64,000 nt of DNA from Candidatus Aminicenantes bacterium. Lineage in GTDB: Bacteria > Acidobacteriota > Aminicenantia > Aminicenantales > Saccharicenantaceae. Numbering within the stretch: position 1 is the stretch's first letter; each line of letters opens with the position of its first letter. Below, piece after piece: positions 42,653 through 53,328 of this stretch. Made by a program: the position numbers and the translations under genes. A model generated the notes under the pieces. That model saw nothing but the letters and a program-made list of their open reading frames with translations, was not told the DNA's origin and ran no database searches. The stretch is taken from the NCBI GenBank assembly GCA_963773685.1, contig CAVZBY010000010.1:32129-96128 (forward strand). The letters are read 5' to 3'.

Positions 42653-43408
42653 TCAGGCTCCGGGCTCGCGCCGGTCATGGATCTTGAGCTGGCGCGCGCC
42701 GCGGGCGAAGGAGAATTCCGGGACCGGGCCCGTGACCACCGACCCGGCGCCGATGACGCTCGACCGGCCGATGGCGACACCGTCGAGGACGAGCACGCCC
42801 GCCCCGAGCCAGACGTCGTCCCCGATACGGATCCCGCCCTTGGCGAGCGACGGCTGGAACATGACGGGCGTCGCGAGGTCGGCGAACGAATGGTTGCCTC
42901 CGGCCACGAGATAGCAGTTCCCGGCCAGGAAGCAGTACTTCCCCAGCCGCACCTCGGTCTCCGAGAGGATCGTGCAATTGGCGGAGACGTTGCAGTAATC
43001 CCCAAGATAGATCGAGCCTTCCTTGCAGCTGAGGATGGCGTTCCGCCCGACATACGCGTTCTCTCCGATGACGATGCCCTCGTTCGCCGCGCCCTTGGCG
43101 TCGAGGACCGCGCCGTCGTCGACGAACGTCCCCGCACCGACGCTGATCTTATGGGGATGGCGGATGGTGATCCCGCGGCCGAAGACGCAACCCCGGCCGA
43201 CCGATTTGAAGAAGCGGGGGTAGAACATCTTCCTGAGGAAATAGCCGAAGGCGCCCGGGGCGCCGGAAACGCACGACACGACGAATTCGTACTTGATGAG
43301 GTTCCAAAGCCCCTTCCGGCCCGGGAAGATCTCCGAGTACTTGGCGGCCATGGACCGGTCGCCGGCCATGAGCTCCTTATGGATGCTGCCGCGGAATTCT
43401 TCGTTCAC
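42653..43408 (-). CDS. Hexapeptide-repeat O-acyltransferase
   Basis: Left-handed beta-helix repeats; GNH.F, IRIGDDVWLGA...VLDGV.IG..SVIGAGSVV. Confidence 0.9.
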   Translation of the reverse strand: MNEEFRGSIHKELMAGDRSMAAKYSEIFPGRKGLWNLIKYEFVVSCVSGAPGAFGYFLRKMFYPRFFKSVGRGCVFGRGITIRHPHKISVGAGTFVDDGAVLDAKGAANEGIVIGENAYVGRNAILSCKEGSIYLGDYCNVSANCTILSETEVRLGKYCFLAGNCYLVAGGNHSFADLATPVMFQPSLAKGGIRIGDDVWLGAGVLVLDGVAIGRSSVIGAGSVVTGPVPEFSFARGARQLKIHDRREPGA

Positions 43409-43507
43409 GCTCCACCTCTGTCCGTGATCCCGGCGTCATTATATCACGGGCCCGCGCCGATTGTCTTAGCGGGGAAAATATGGCATAACTAGGGCGGAAA
43501 CGCCGCC

Positions 43508-44620
43508 ATGACGAGCCCCATCCGAGACGATTGTTCCCATTTCCGCGGCGATAAGCCCTGCCGATTCAAGCGGCCCTGCGGGGATTGCCCCGAGGTCGAC
43601 CCTCTCGACGCGCGGACGAAGGTCCTCATCCTCAAGTGCCGGGCCCAGGGCGACGTCCTGAGGACGACCGCGCTCCTCCCCGGATTGAAACGGAAGTACC
43701 CGCGGAGCCATGTCACGTGGCTCGTGGACGGAGAGAGCGTCGATCTCCTGGCGGGCAATCCGCTCGTGGATGCCGTCCTCGCCTTCGGGCTCGAGTCCGT
43801 CCTTCCTCTCGAGGTCCGGGAGTTCGACGTCCTCATTTGCCTCGACAAGGAACCGGCAATCACGGCCCTGGCGACGAAGGTCCGGGCCGCGCGGAAGTTC
43901 GGGTTCGGGATGAACGCCCACGGCGGGACGACGGCCTTCAACGACGCCGCGGGCTATGCCCTTCGGCTGGGGATCGACGACGACCTCAAGTACCGGATGA
44001 ACATGAAGACCTATCAGGAGCTCGCCTCCGAAGCGGCGGAGCTCGGTTATGCGCGCGACGAATACGTCTTCGAGCTCGGCAACGGGGCCGCACGGAAGGC
44101 CCGGGAGTATATGAAGGCGCGCGGCGTCGACGGATCCCGCCCGGCCGTCGGGCTCAATACGGGCGCGGGGACGAAGTTCGAGACGAAACAATGGCCGGTC
44201 GAACATTATCGGGAGCTCGCCCGCGGCCTGGCCGGAGGGCTCGGCGCGAACGTCTTCCTCCTCGGCGGGCCGCGGGAAGAAGCGCTCAACGCGGCTATCG
44301 CGGCGGGCGCCCCGCCGCGGGTCTACAACACGGGCAACGATCACGCGCTTCCCGAGTTCGCCGGATTCGTCTCCCTGATGGACGTCGTCGTCACCTCGGA
44401 CACGCTCGGCATGCACCTGGGCATCGCCCTCAAGAAGAAGATCGTCGCCCTTTTCGGCCCGACCTGCCCCCAGGAGATCGACGTCTACGATCGCGGCGTC
44501 AGGCTCTTCACGGGCGCCCCCTGCGCCCCGTGCTACAAACAGACCTGCCCGGATGCCGTCTGCATGAAAGAGATCACGCCGGGCCGGGTCCTCGAAGAGG
44601 TCCGGCGTCTCATCGCCTGA
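43508..44620 (+). CDS. Glycosyltransferase family 9 with N-terminal Cys motif
   Basis: DC.HF.GDKPC, GDVLRTT, K.WP, VTSDTLGMH, ALFGPT, C.PCYK. Confidence 0.9.
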   Translation: MTSPIRDDCSHFRGDKPCRFKRPCGDCPEVDPLDARTKVLILKCRAQGDVLRTTALLPGLKRKYPRSHVTWLVDGESVDLLAGNPLVDAVLAFGLESVLPLEVREFDVLICLDKEPAITALATKVRAARKFGFGMNAHGGTTAFNDAAGYALRLGIDDDLKYRMNMKTYQELASEAAELGYARDEYVFELGNGAARKAREYMKARGVDGSRPAVGLNTGAGTKFETKQWPVEHYRELARGLAGGLGANVFLLGGPREEALNAAIAAGAPPRVYNTGNDHALPEFAGFVSLMDVVVTSDTLGMHLGIALKKKIVALFGPTCPQEIDVYDRGVRLFTGAPCAPCYKQTCPDAVCMKEITPGRVLEEVRRLIA

Positions 44621-44625
44621 AAGCC

Positions 44626-45376
44626 ATGGCCGACACGCGCCGCCGCATCGTCGTGATGACCCCGACCTACGACGAGGCGGAGAACATCGCCGATCTCATC
44701 CGCGAGATCCTCGTCGCTCCCGCTCGACGCCGACCTGAGCGTCCTCGTTGTGGACGACGATTCCCCGGACGGGACGGGCCGCATCGCGGAGGCGCTGGGC
44801 CGGGAGGACGAACGCATCCACACCCTCATCCGCAGGAAGCGCCGGGGCCGGGGGGCCGCCGGCCTCGACGGGTTCAAGGCCGCCCTGGCGCTCGGGCCGG
44901 ACCTCGTCGTCGAGATGGACGCGGATCTCTCCCACCCTCCCCGCTACATCCCGGACCTCGTCGCGGCCATGGACCGATTCGATGTCGTCCTGGGCTCTCG
45001 GTTCGTCCCCGGCGGCCGCGATGCCGATCGAAGCCTCTTCCGCCGGTTCATCACCTTCCTCGTCCGCCTCTTCATCCGCCGGAAGTTCCACATCCCGGTA
45101 AAGGACGTCTCCTCGGGATTCCGCTGTTTCCGGAGGGAGGTCCTGGAGGCCGTCGACCTCGACGATTGCATCTCCGTCGGGCCCTCCGTCGTCCTCGAAG
45201 TGCTGTACAAGGCGTTTCTTCGAGGCTATAGGATCGGCGAGGTCCCCATCGTCTTCGTCGACCGGAAGAGGGGGAAGACCAAGCTCGACGGCCTCACCCT
45301 CGTCGAAACGCTGGTCGCGGCCCTGAGGATCAAGCGCCGCTATGGGCCGGCGCCCGGAAGCTCCCCGACGCCCTGA
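44626..45376 (+). CDS. Polyprenol monophosphomannose synthase-like GT2, frameshifted
   Basis: PTYDEAENI, VVDDDSPDGT, MDADLSHPP, SGFRCFR, EVPIVFVDR..G.TK. Confidence 0.85.
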
Positions 45377-45390
45377 GGGAAGGCCCCGAG

Positions 45391-46191
45391 ATGAAAAGAA
45401 CGAGACGCCACGCCCTGGGCCAGCATTTTCTCGTCAACCGCTCCGTCCTCGACAAGATCGTCCGCGCGATCGGCCCCGAAGCGTCCGATGTCATCGTCGA
45501 GATCGGTCCGGGAAGGGGCGCCCTGACCTTCCTCCTCGCGGAGCGCGCGGGCCGGGTCATCGCCGTCGAGAAGGACGCGGCCTTCATCCCCCTCCTCCGC
45601 GAAAAGGCCGGTCCGAACGTGACCATCGTCGAGGCCGACGTCCTCGACACGGACTTCGCGCCCCTGCTCGAAGCCGCGGGCGGGGACGGAGGCGGCGCGA
45701 AGCTCGTCGGGAACCTCCCCTATTCGGTCTCGTCGCCCATCCTGTTCAAGGCCCTCGACGCCCATGCCCTGTTCGCGAAATGCGTCTTCCTCCTCCAGAA
45801 GGAGGTCGCCGACAGGGTCTGCGGCCGCCCGGGCACGAAGGACCATTCGCCGATGTCCATCCTGCTCCAGGATCGTTTCGAGGCGCGCGTCGAATTCCGC
45901 GTCTCCCCCGGCTCCTTCTCCCCGCCGCCCAAGGTCGATTCGGCGCTCCTCTCGCTCACCCGCAGGGCCGCGCCGCTTTTCCCGGCCGCGAACGAGGCGG
46001 GGTTCCGGAGGTTCCTGAGGGCGGCCTTCGCCCAACGGCGGAAACTGCTCGTCCGGAACCTCGAAATGAGCGGCCTGCCGCGCGAGCGGATCGAAGCCGC
46101 TTACGCCGCCCTCGGCCTCGCCCGCAACGCCCGCGCCGAGGAGCTCCCCGCCGATGTCCTTTTCGCGATCTATGCTAAAATGAACCGATGA
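45391..46191 (+). CDS. rsmA: 16S rRNA dimethyltransferase
   Basis: LGQHFL, EIGPG.GALT, GNLPY, LQKEVA.R, F.PPPKVDS. Confidence 0.95.
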   Translation: MKRTRRHALGQHFLVNRSVLDKIVRAIGPEASDVIVEIGPGRGALTFLLAERAGRVIAVEKDAAFIPLLREKAGPNVTIVEADVLDTDFAPLLEAAGGDGGGAKLVGNLPYSVSSPILFKALDAHALFAKCVFLLQKEVADRVCGRPGTKDHSPMSILLQDRFEARVEFRVSPGSFSPPPKVDSALLSLTRRAAPLFPAANEAGFRRFLRAAFAQRRKLLVRNLEMSGLPRERIEAAYAALGLARNARAEELPADVLFAIYAKMNR

Positions 46192-47166
46192 CGAAAGGCG
46201 AATACTATCGAAGGCTGTGGGCCATCTTCCGGGCCTACAGGAAAAGGGAGACGGTCCTCGCCTACCTCCCCATCCGGCTCTGGATCGAGCCGACGAGCTT
46301 CTGCAACCTCCGGTGCGTCATGTGCCCCAACAAGGACCTCGACCGGAGGGACAAGGGTTACATGCCGCTCGAGCTCTTCCGGAAGATCGTCGACGAAGCC
46401 GCCGGGTTCGTCCACGAGGCCAACCTCATCCACCGCGGCGAATCCCTGCTCCACCCGGATTTCTTCGAGATGGTCCGGGCCGCCTCCTCGGCCGGGATCG
46501 TGACCAAGCTCCACACGAACGCCACGCTGCTCGACGAGGACAAGTCCCGCCGGCTCATCGAGGCGGGGCTCCACCAGCTGACCTTCTCCTTCGACGGCTA
46601 CGACAAGGCGACCTACGAGAGCATCCGGGTCAACGGCACGTTCGAAAAGACCATCGCGAACATCCGCGACTTCCACCGGGTGAGGAAAGAGCTCGGGGCC
46701 AAGCGGCCGCGGACCATCCTCGAGCTCATCAATTTCCCCGACACTCTACCGGAACGTCGGCCGCGCAGAAAAGCGGGCCTTCCTGGAACAATTCAAGGAA
46801 TTCCCGCCGGACAAGGTCCGGATCAAGGACCTGCACAACTGGGCGGGCGAGATCGGAGGCCCGGGGAAAGGAAAGAAGTACGCGCCGTGCACGTTCCTCT
46901 GGGCGTCCCTCATCATCTTCTGGGACGGCCGGGTGCTTCCGTGCACGCAGGATTTCCCCGGGGACCTCGCGGTCGGGAACGTCGCCGAGACGTCCCTGGC
47001 CTCCATCTGGAACAACGGGCGGATGGTGGAGCTCAGGAAGAAAGCGGCCTCGGGGGACATCTCCGGCCTCAAGCCCTGCTCCTCCTGCGACCGGCCCTGG
47101 CGGGACACGTTCCTCGGAGTTCCCAGGGAATATATCTGGAAGCTCCTCCTGCGCCGGATGCCCTGA
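46188..47166 (+). CDS. Radical SAM/SPASM protein, frameshift near 46750
   Basis: IEPTSFCNLRCVMCP, GESLLHP, SFDG; then HNWAG, C...W...IFWDG.V.PC.QD, C..C in the shifted frame. Confidence 0.85.
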
Positions 47167-47225
47167 TCGGGCGTTCCCGCCAAATTGACACCTCTTTTGG
47201 GCCCGTGCTATATTCGGACCGCGAA

Positions 47226-49155
47226 ATGAAGATCTCGAGCCTCGTCTCGGTAATCCTCGCCCTCTCGTCGAGTTTCATCCAGGCCTCTCCGCGAGACGGG
47301 GCATGGTTCTCCCTCGGCCGTCCGACCTCGTCGCTCCCTCGCCTCGAGGAGGACCGGGCCGGGGCGCTCCGCGCCCTATGGCTCGAGAATGGAGAGGCGG
47401 GCAGCGCCATCATCCTCGGGCGCGTCGTCGGAGACTCTTTCGAGAAGGAAGGCGTCATCGCCGCGGCCGCGGGGACCGTGCTGTCCCCGGACTTCGATTT
47501 CGATCCCCTGAACCGGCCCTGGGTCGCCTGGATCGACCTTGACGAAGCGGGGCCCCGGGTCTTCGTCCGGGAGCCCGACGCGAACCGGACCTGGCGGGTC
47601 AGCCCGCCCTCCCTTGTCTCGGCCTCGCGAGTGAAGGTCCTGGCGGGGGGCCCTTCGGGGACCTGGGTCCTCTGGACCGGTCGCGACTCGGGCCGGGACG
47701 AGACGTTCTTCAGCCGATTCGACGGCGCGGCTTGGTCGCCGGCCGCCCGCCTCCACGGGAAAAATTCATCTCCCCGGATCCTGATGGATGCGGCCCTGGA
47801 CGCGGCCTCGTGTCCCTGGGTCGTCTGGTCCGGCTACGACGGAGAGGATTACGAGGTCTGTCGGCGCCCGATGGGACGGGACAGGATGGTCGGGCGAAGA
47901 GACGCTCACGGACGATGCCGGATCCGACGCCTGGCCGGGCATCATCTTCCTCGGGGACTCGCTCCCCGTCGTCGTCTGGGCCAACTCCCGCGGACGGACG
48001 ACCTCGTTGCGCGCGCGGGTCTTCGCCGCCGGCGCCTGGGGGCCGACGCTCGAGATCCTCGCCCCCGGAGAAAACGTCGCCGAGCCCCGCCTATCGACCC
48101 GGGACGGCCGGCTGGTCGTTGCCTGGAGGTCCGATGGGGAGATCGCTTCGACGGCCTTTTCCCGCGACGAGCTCGGGAACCTGAAGAGCCCCGCCCCGGG
48201 GGCGGACGCGCCCGCTCTCGACGCGGCGGGGCGGGACGAGAACGCGTATACGGCGTTCGGCGACGAGATCACATACGGCTGGATCGACAGCGGCCCGGCC
48301 GTCGATCTCGGATACGTGCCGAGGCTCGAGACGCTCCTCACGGAGCGGTTCGGCCCTTCATCCCTCGCCAACGAGGGCGTCCCCGGCGAGACCACGATCA
48401 ACGGCCTGGGCCGCATCAGCGACGTGCTCGCAAGGAACGCCGGCCGCTACCTGCTCCTCCTGGAGGGGAACAACGACGTCGTCCTGCCCGACCTTTCCAT
48501 CGACGCCCAGACGTTCAACATCGAACAGATGGTCTTGAGGTGCGTCGACGCCGGCGTCCTCCCCGTCCTGGCGACCATCATCCCCCGCAACGACGTCTAT
48601 TGGACAGACCCCTTCTTCCGGGAGAGGATCGACGACCTCAATAAGGAGGTCCGCAGGATCGCCCTGAACCTGAAGCTTCCGTTCGTCGATATGTTCAACA
48701 CGTTCCTGGACTTTCCCGAAGCCGACGGCGGATGGCCCTCCCTGCTGTCCGACCCCGCCCACCCGAACGAGCGGGGATACGAGGTCATGGCCCGGGCCTG
48801 GATCGAGGCGGTCGGAAGGATCCCCTTCCCCCCCTCTCCGGTCACGGTCAGCCGGTCGACGGAGCGGTCCCTTCTCGCCGACCGGAAGGTCAATTTCCTG
48901 ACCTGGCGCCACAGCCCCAAGATCCGCAACCCGTTCCTGTTCCGGAGCTACAGGATCTTCCGGAAGGACACGGCGGAGCCCCTGGCCGAATTCCGGCTGA
49001 TCGCCGTCCTTCCCTATTCGCCCTTCCACGACCCGCAGAAGTACAACGACCTCGATATCCTCGACAGCCACGGCTATCGATACGCCGTCTCCCTGGTCGC
49101 CGTCGACGGCATCGAGGGCCCGCTGTCCGACCCCGCCGACGACTCCGAACTGTGA
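47226..49155 (+). CDS. Secreted protein with SGNH/GDSL-hydrolase-like domain, frameshift near 47860
   Basis: Signal peptide; AFGDEITYG, NEGVPGETT, LLEGNND, DPAHPN..GY. Confidence 0.75.
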
Positions 49156-49168
49156 TATAATCCGGGCG

Positions 49169-51536
49169 ATGAAACGCGTCCAGAGGAAGCGGAACGGCGC
49201 CTCGTCACGCCCGGAAAAGCGGAAGCCCGGGCCTGGCCGTCGAGATCGTCGCCGTCCTGATGGTCTTCGTCGCCATCTTCGCCCTCCTCAGCCTGGTGAG
49301 CTACGATTCCCGCGACCCGTCCTGGGCCAATTCCCTCGAGTCCGGGCACGGCGTCCACAATTACGCCGGCCGGGCGGGCGCGCATTTCGCCGAGGCCCTG
49401 CTCCAGTTCCTGGGACTCATGGCCTTCTTCGTCCCGTTCGCCTTCGGTTTCGTCGGGCTCAAGGCGATCCTGCCCGACGGGAGGTCCGGGCTCCTGGTCC
49501 GGACGGCCGGTATCCTGATCCTTTTCCTCATCCTCTGCCCGCTTCTGTTCCTTCTTCTCGGAAGCTTCCCGTGGGGGAAGGCCGAGATCAGGGCGGGAGG
49601 GATCCTGGGGGACCTCGTCTCCTCCGTCCTTGTCGGGTTCCTCAACCACGCCGGCTCGCTCATCCTGCTTCTCGCGGCCCTCATCCTTTTCCTCCTGTTC
49701 TCCACGCGTTGGTCGCTCGCCCGGACGGCCCGGCTCTCCCGGAAGGCGTTCGATTCCGCGTTCCAGGACGTCACGATCAAGGTCACGCGCTACAGGAAGA
49801 CCAAGGAAAAGGAGAAGCTGCGGGAAAAGGTCGCCAAGAAGTGGGCCGCCGCGGCCGCGACCCCCGCGGAGAAGTCCGCCGAGGGCGAAACGGTCGCGGA
49901 CGAAAAGGAAGCCCGGCGCCGGGAGAAGGAACGGGAGAAGGAGAGGAAGCGGCAGGAAAAGGAGGCCCGGAAGAGGAAGCCCAAAGCCGCGGCGGCGCCC
50001 GCCGTCCCGCCCCCGCCCGAGAACCTGCTCTTTCCCGACCTCGGCAAGAAGGGCGACTACAACTTCCCGCCGTTCAGCCTCCTCGAGCCGGGCAAGCCCT
50101 CGGAGAAGATCGACAAGAACGAGCTCTACGAAAAGAAGCGGCGGATCGAGGACAAGCTCAAGGAGTTCAACGTGGCGGGCGAGGTCCGCGAATACCACCC
50201 CGGGCCCGTCATCACGACCTACGAGCTGTTCCCCGACCCCGGCATCAAGGTCTCCCAGGTGGCCAGTCTCACCGAGGACCTGTCCCTCGCCCTCGAGGCC
50301 GAATCGGTCCGCATCCAGAGGATCCCCGGCAAATCCTCGCTCGGCGTCGAGATCCCCAACAACAAGCGCGAGGTCATCAAGCTCCGGGACATCGTCCAGT
50401 CGGAGAAGTTCCTCAACTCGCCGTCGAAGCTGACCTTCGCCCTGGGCAAGAACGTCCACGGCGAGGTCTACATCACCGACCTGGCCGTCATGCCCCATCT
50501 CCTCATCGCCGGGGCCACCGGGACGGGCAAGAGCGTCGCCCTCAACGCCATCATCGCCAGCATCCTCTACAAGGCGACCCCCGACGAGGTCAAGCTCCTG
50601 CTCATCGACCCGAAGCGGCTCGAGTTCTCGCTCTACGAAGGCATCCCCCACCTGCTCGCCCCGGTCATCAACGACCCGAAGAAGGCGGGCTTCATCCTCT
50701 TCGACGCCGTCCGGAAGATGGAGGAGAGGCTGCGGCTCCTCGGCCAGATGAAGGTCCGGGACATCGTCCAGTTCAACAAGGCCGTGGAACAGACGCTCCG
50801 GGAGAAGAAGGGGAAGCTGACCGAGGAGGAGAAGAAGATCCTCAAGCCGCTCCCCTACATCGTCATCATCATCGACGAGCTGGCCGAGCTGATGATGGTC
50901 GGCGCCCAGGAGGTCGAGAGCAGCATCACCCGCCTGGCCCAGCTGGCCCGGGCCGTCGGCATCCATCTCGTCATGGCCACCCAGCGGCCCTCGATCGACG
51001 TCATCACCGGGACGATCAAGAACAATTTCGGCTGCCGCATCGCCTTTCGCGTCCCGTCCAAGATCGATTCCCGGATCATCCTCGACGCCGGGGGCGCCGA
51101 CAAGCTGCTCGGCCTGGGAGACATGCTCTTCCTGCCGCCGAACTTCCCCCGTTTGATGCGGCTCCATTGCGCCTACATCTCGATCCCCGAGGTCAAGCGG
51201 CTCGTCAAGTTCGTCAAGGAGCAGGGGACCCCGGAATACGACGAGCGCATCGTCGAGGCCGTCAAAGGGGACATCGACCAGCTCTGGGACGAGTTCGGGG
51301 AGAAGGACGAGCTCTACGACAAGGCCCTCGAGCTCGTGCTCCTCACCGGACAGGCCTCCGCCTCCTACCTCCAGCGGCGCCTGAAGCTCGGCTACGCCCG
51401 GGCGGCGCGCATCATCGACCAGATGGAGAACGAGGGGATCATCGGCCATTCCGAGGGCAGCAAGGCCCGCGAGATCCTCGTCGACGCCAAGTCCTACCTG
51501 AAGGACAAGGAGCGTCGCCAGCCCCGGGAGGATTAA
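49169..51536 (+). CDS. ftsK: DNA translocase FtsK/SpoIIIE (frameshift in the first 90 nt)
   Basis: Multi-TM N-terminal domain, MPHLLIAGATGTGKS, IIDELAELMM, ATQRPS, LQRRLKLGYARAARI gamma domain. Confidence 0.95.
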
Positions 51537-51689
51537 ATCCCCCTGCAGTCCCCCTTTTTCTAAAGGGGGACCATCAAGAGCTTCCCCATGTAGTCCCATT
51601 CTTCATGGAAGGGGGACCGTTAGAACTTCTCTTTGCAGGGGGGCAGAGAAGAATCTACCCCCCTTTGTAAAGGGGGGTTGGGGGGATTT
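51535..51689. repeat. REPIN/BIME-like cluster of four palindromic units
   Basis: Ends AAATCCCCC/GGGGGATTT; palindromes TCCCCCTTT-TTCT-AAAGGGGGA and CCCCCCTTT-GT-AAAGGGGGG plus two degenerate copies, between convergent genes. Confidence 0.7.
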
Positions 51690-51690
51690 C

Positions 51691-52661
51691 TCAGTTGGTC
51701 GACGGCGACAGCCCCATCATCCTGACGTCCGCCCTGGCCTGCCGCCAGACGGCCGCCGGGATGGACAGGAATACGCGCACGACGTCGGGGTCGAACTGGC
51801 TCCCTTTCGCCCGTTCGATCTCCCGGAAGGCATCTTCGAAGCGCCTGCCCCTGCGGTAGGGACGGTCTGAAGTGATCGCGTCCATGGTGTCGGCCAGGGC
51901 GAAGATCCGGGCCGAGAGAGGGATCTCCGATCCGGCGAGCCCGCGCGGGTAGCCCGTCCCATCGAACCGCTCGTGGTGGCAGAGGACGATCTCCCCGGCC
52001 TCCTCGAGAAAGCCGAGTCCCTCGATCATCCTGTATCCAAAGACGGGGTGTTCCCTGACGATCTCCTTTTCGATGGAGGTCAGCGGGCCCGGCTTGTTCA
52101 GGATCGCCGCAGGGATCCCCGCCTTCCCGATGTCGTGGAGGAGGGCGCCGCGCTCCAGGCCGCCGAGGGTTCGCCGGTCCCGGAGCCCGAGGGCGTCGGC
52201 CAGGATGGCGGTATACGCGGCCACGAAGCGGGCGTGCCCTTCGGTCTCCTTCCCCCCGGCCGCGGCAGCGAGAAGCCCGACCAGCCGGGAATTGAAGTAG
52301 GTCCCGTTCCCGTGGGGACGGGAAGCGCGGAACCCCTCGCGGCTCTCGGGAATGAGGGCATGGGGTTCCTCGGGCCGGGCCGAAGGGGAAACGTAGAAGC
52401 TGGTCCGGGAACCGTTAACGTCCACGAGAACGAGACGTTTTTCCCTTTCCATGTCCCTTGTCCGGGGTCCCCTTTCGGCGAGGGGAATTAGAAGGCTCCG
52501 GCGCTCATGAGAGGACTCCAGCAGGCGATCGGGCTCGTCTCGACGAGCTCGAAGCCCTCTTCCCTGAGGCGCGACTCGATATAAAGGCAGAATTCCTGTT
52601 CGTCCCTGATCACGAGACAATTGCGTTCCATCGCCGTTCTTGAGGATTCTTTTTCGACCAT
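51691..52661 (-). CDS. HD-GYP domain phosphodiesterase (start uncertain; N-terminus probably frameshifted)
   Basis: TEGHA..V, ALLHDIGK, REHP..G, HHERFDGTGYPRGL, AD..DAITSDRPYR, SQFDP. Confidence 0.85.
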
Positions 52662-52691
52662 GGGCGTATGTCCTTTCATCGAGCAAAAAGG

Positions 52692-52718
52692 TTAGTCGCC
52701 CGGAAGGGCCGAAAATTG
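52692..52718 (-). promoter_or_regulatory. Putative ECF-sigma promoter, copy 1
   Basis: CAATTTTCGGCCCTTCCGGGCGACTAA; 20/27 identical to 53279-53305. Confidence 0.5.
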
Positions 52719-52768
52719 ACAAAGAATCCCGGCTTGTTAACTTTTTTCGCTACCCTTATAATACGGCT

Positions 52769-53269
52769 GTGACAGAGCCCCGAGCCGCCGTCGATCTGGA
52801 CGAGCTTGTTCTCAAGTTCCGGCCCATCGTGTCCTTCCGCGTCCGGAAGGCCCTCGGAGGGTCCACGCCGGACTGGGAGGACGTGGCCAACGAGATCATC
52901 ACCCAGGTCATCGAGAAGGTCCGGAACGGGGAATTCCGGGGGGAATCCTCCATCGGGACGTTCATCTATACCATCACGAGCCGCCGGATCGTGGACCACA
53001 TCCGGGAGAAGACCAAGGTCCTGAGGCACGCCCCCGAGCCCGCTCCGTTCCCGGACCCCGAAGAGGCGGTCGAGGCCCAGGAACGGGCCGCCCGGATCGC
53101 CGAGGCCGTCAAGGGGCTCAAACCGAAGTTCCGGGAGGTCCTTTACCTCTACTATTATAAGGAATTGCCCCGGGAGGAAGTGGCCAAAAGACTGGGAATC
53201 CCCCCCCGGAGGGTCAGCGAAAGGGTCAATTACGCCTTGAAACTCATCAAAAAGGACCTGAAAAGATGA
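52769..53269 (+). CDS. ECF RNA polymerase sigma factor
   Basis: EDVANE, FRGESSIGTFIYTI..RRIVDHIR (region 2); L.PKFREVL.L.YY.....EEVA..LGIP (region 4); GTG start 6 nt after TATAAT. Confidence 0.9.
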   Translation: MTEPRAAVDLDELVLKFRPIVSFRVRKALGGSTPDWEDVANEIITQVIEKVRNGEFRGESSIGTFIYTITSRRIVDHIREKTKVLRHAPEPAPFPDPEEAVEAQERAARIAEAVKGLKPKFREVLYLYYYKELPREEVAKRLGIPPRRVSERVNYALKLIKKDLKR

Positions 53270-53278
53270 GCTTTTTTT

Positions 53279-53305
53279 CCATTTTCCCCTTTCCCGGACG
53301 ACTAA
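53279..53305 (+). promoter_or_regulatory. Putative ECF-sigma promoter, copy 2
   Basis: CCATTTTCCCCTTTCCCGGACGACTAA upstream of the anti-sigma gene. Confidence 0.5.
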
Positions 53306-53328
53306 AGGGTTGAAATCGCGGAAAGGTG

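Noticed and set aside
46188-48644. 818-aa radical SAM fused to a secreted protein
   Set aside because: The SPASM domain continues in another frame and stops at 47166; the next gene has its own promoter and signal peptide.
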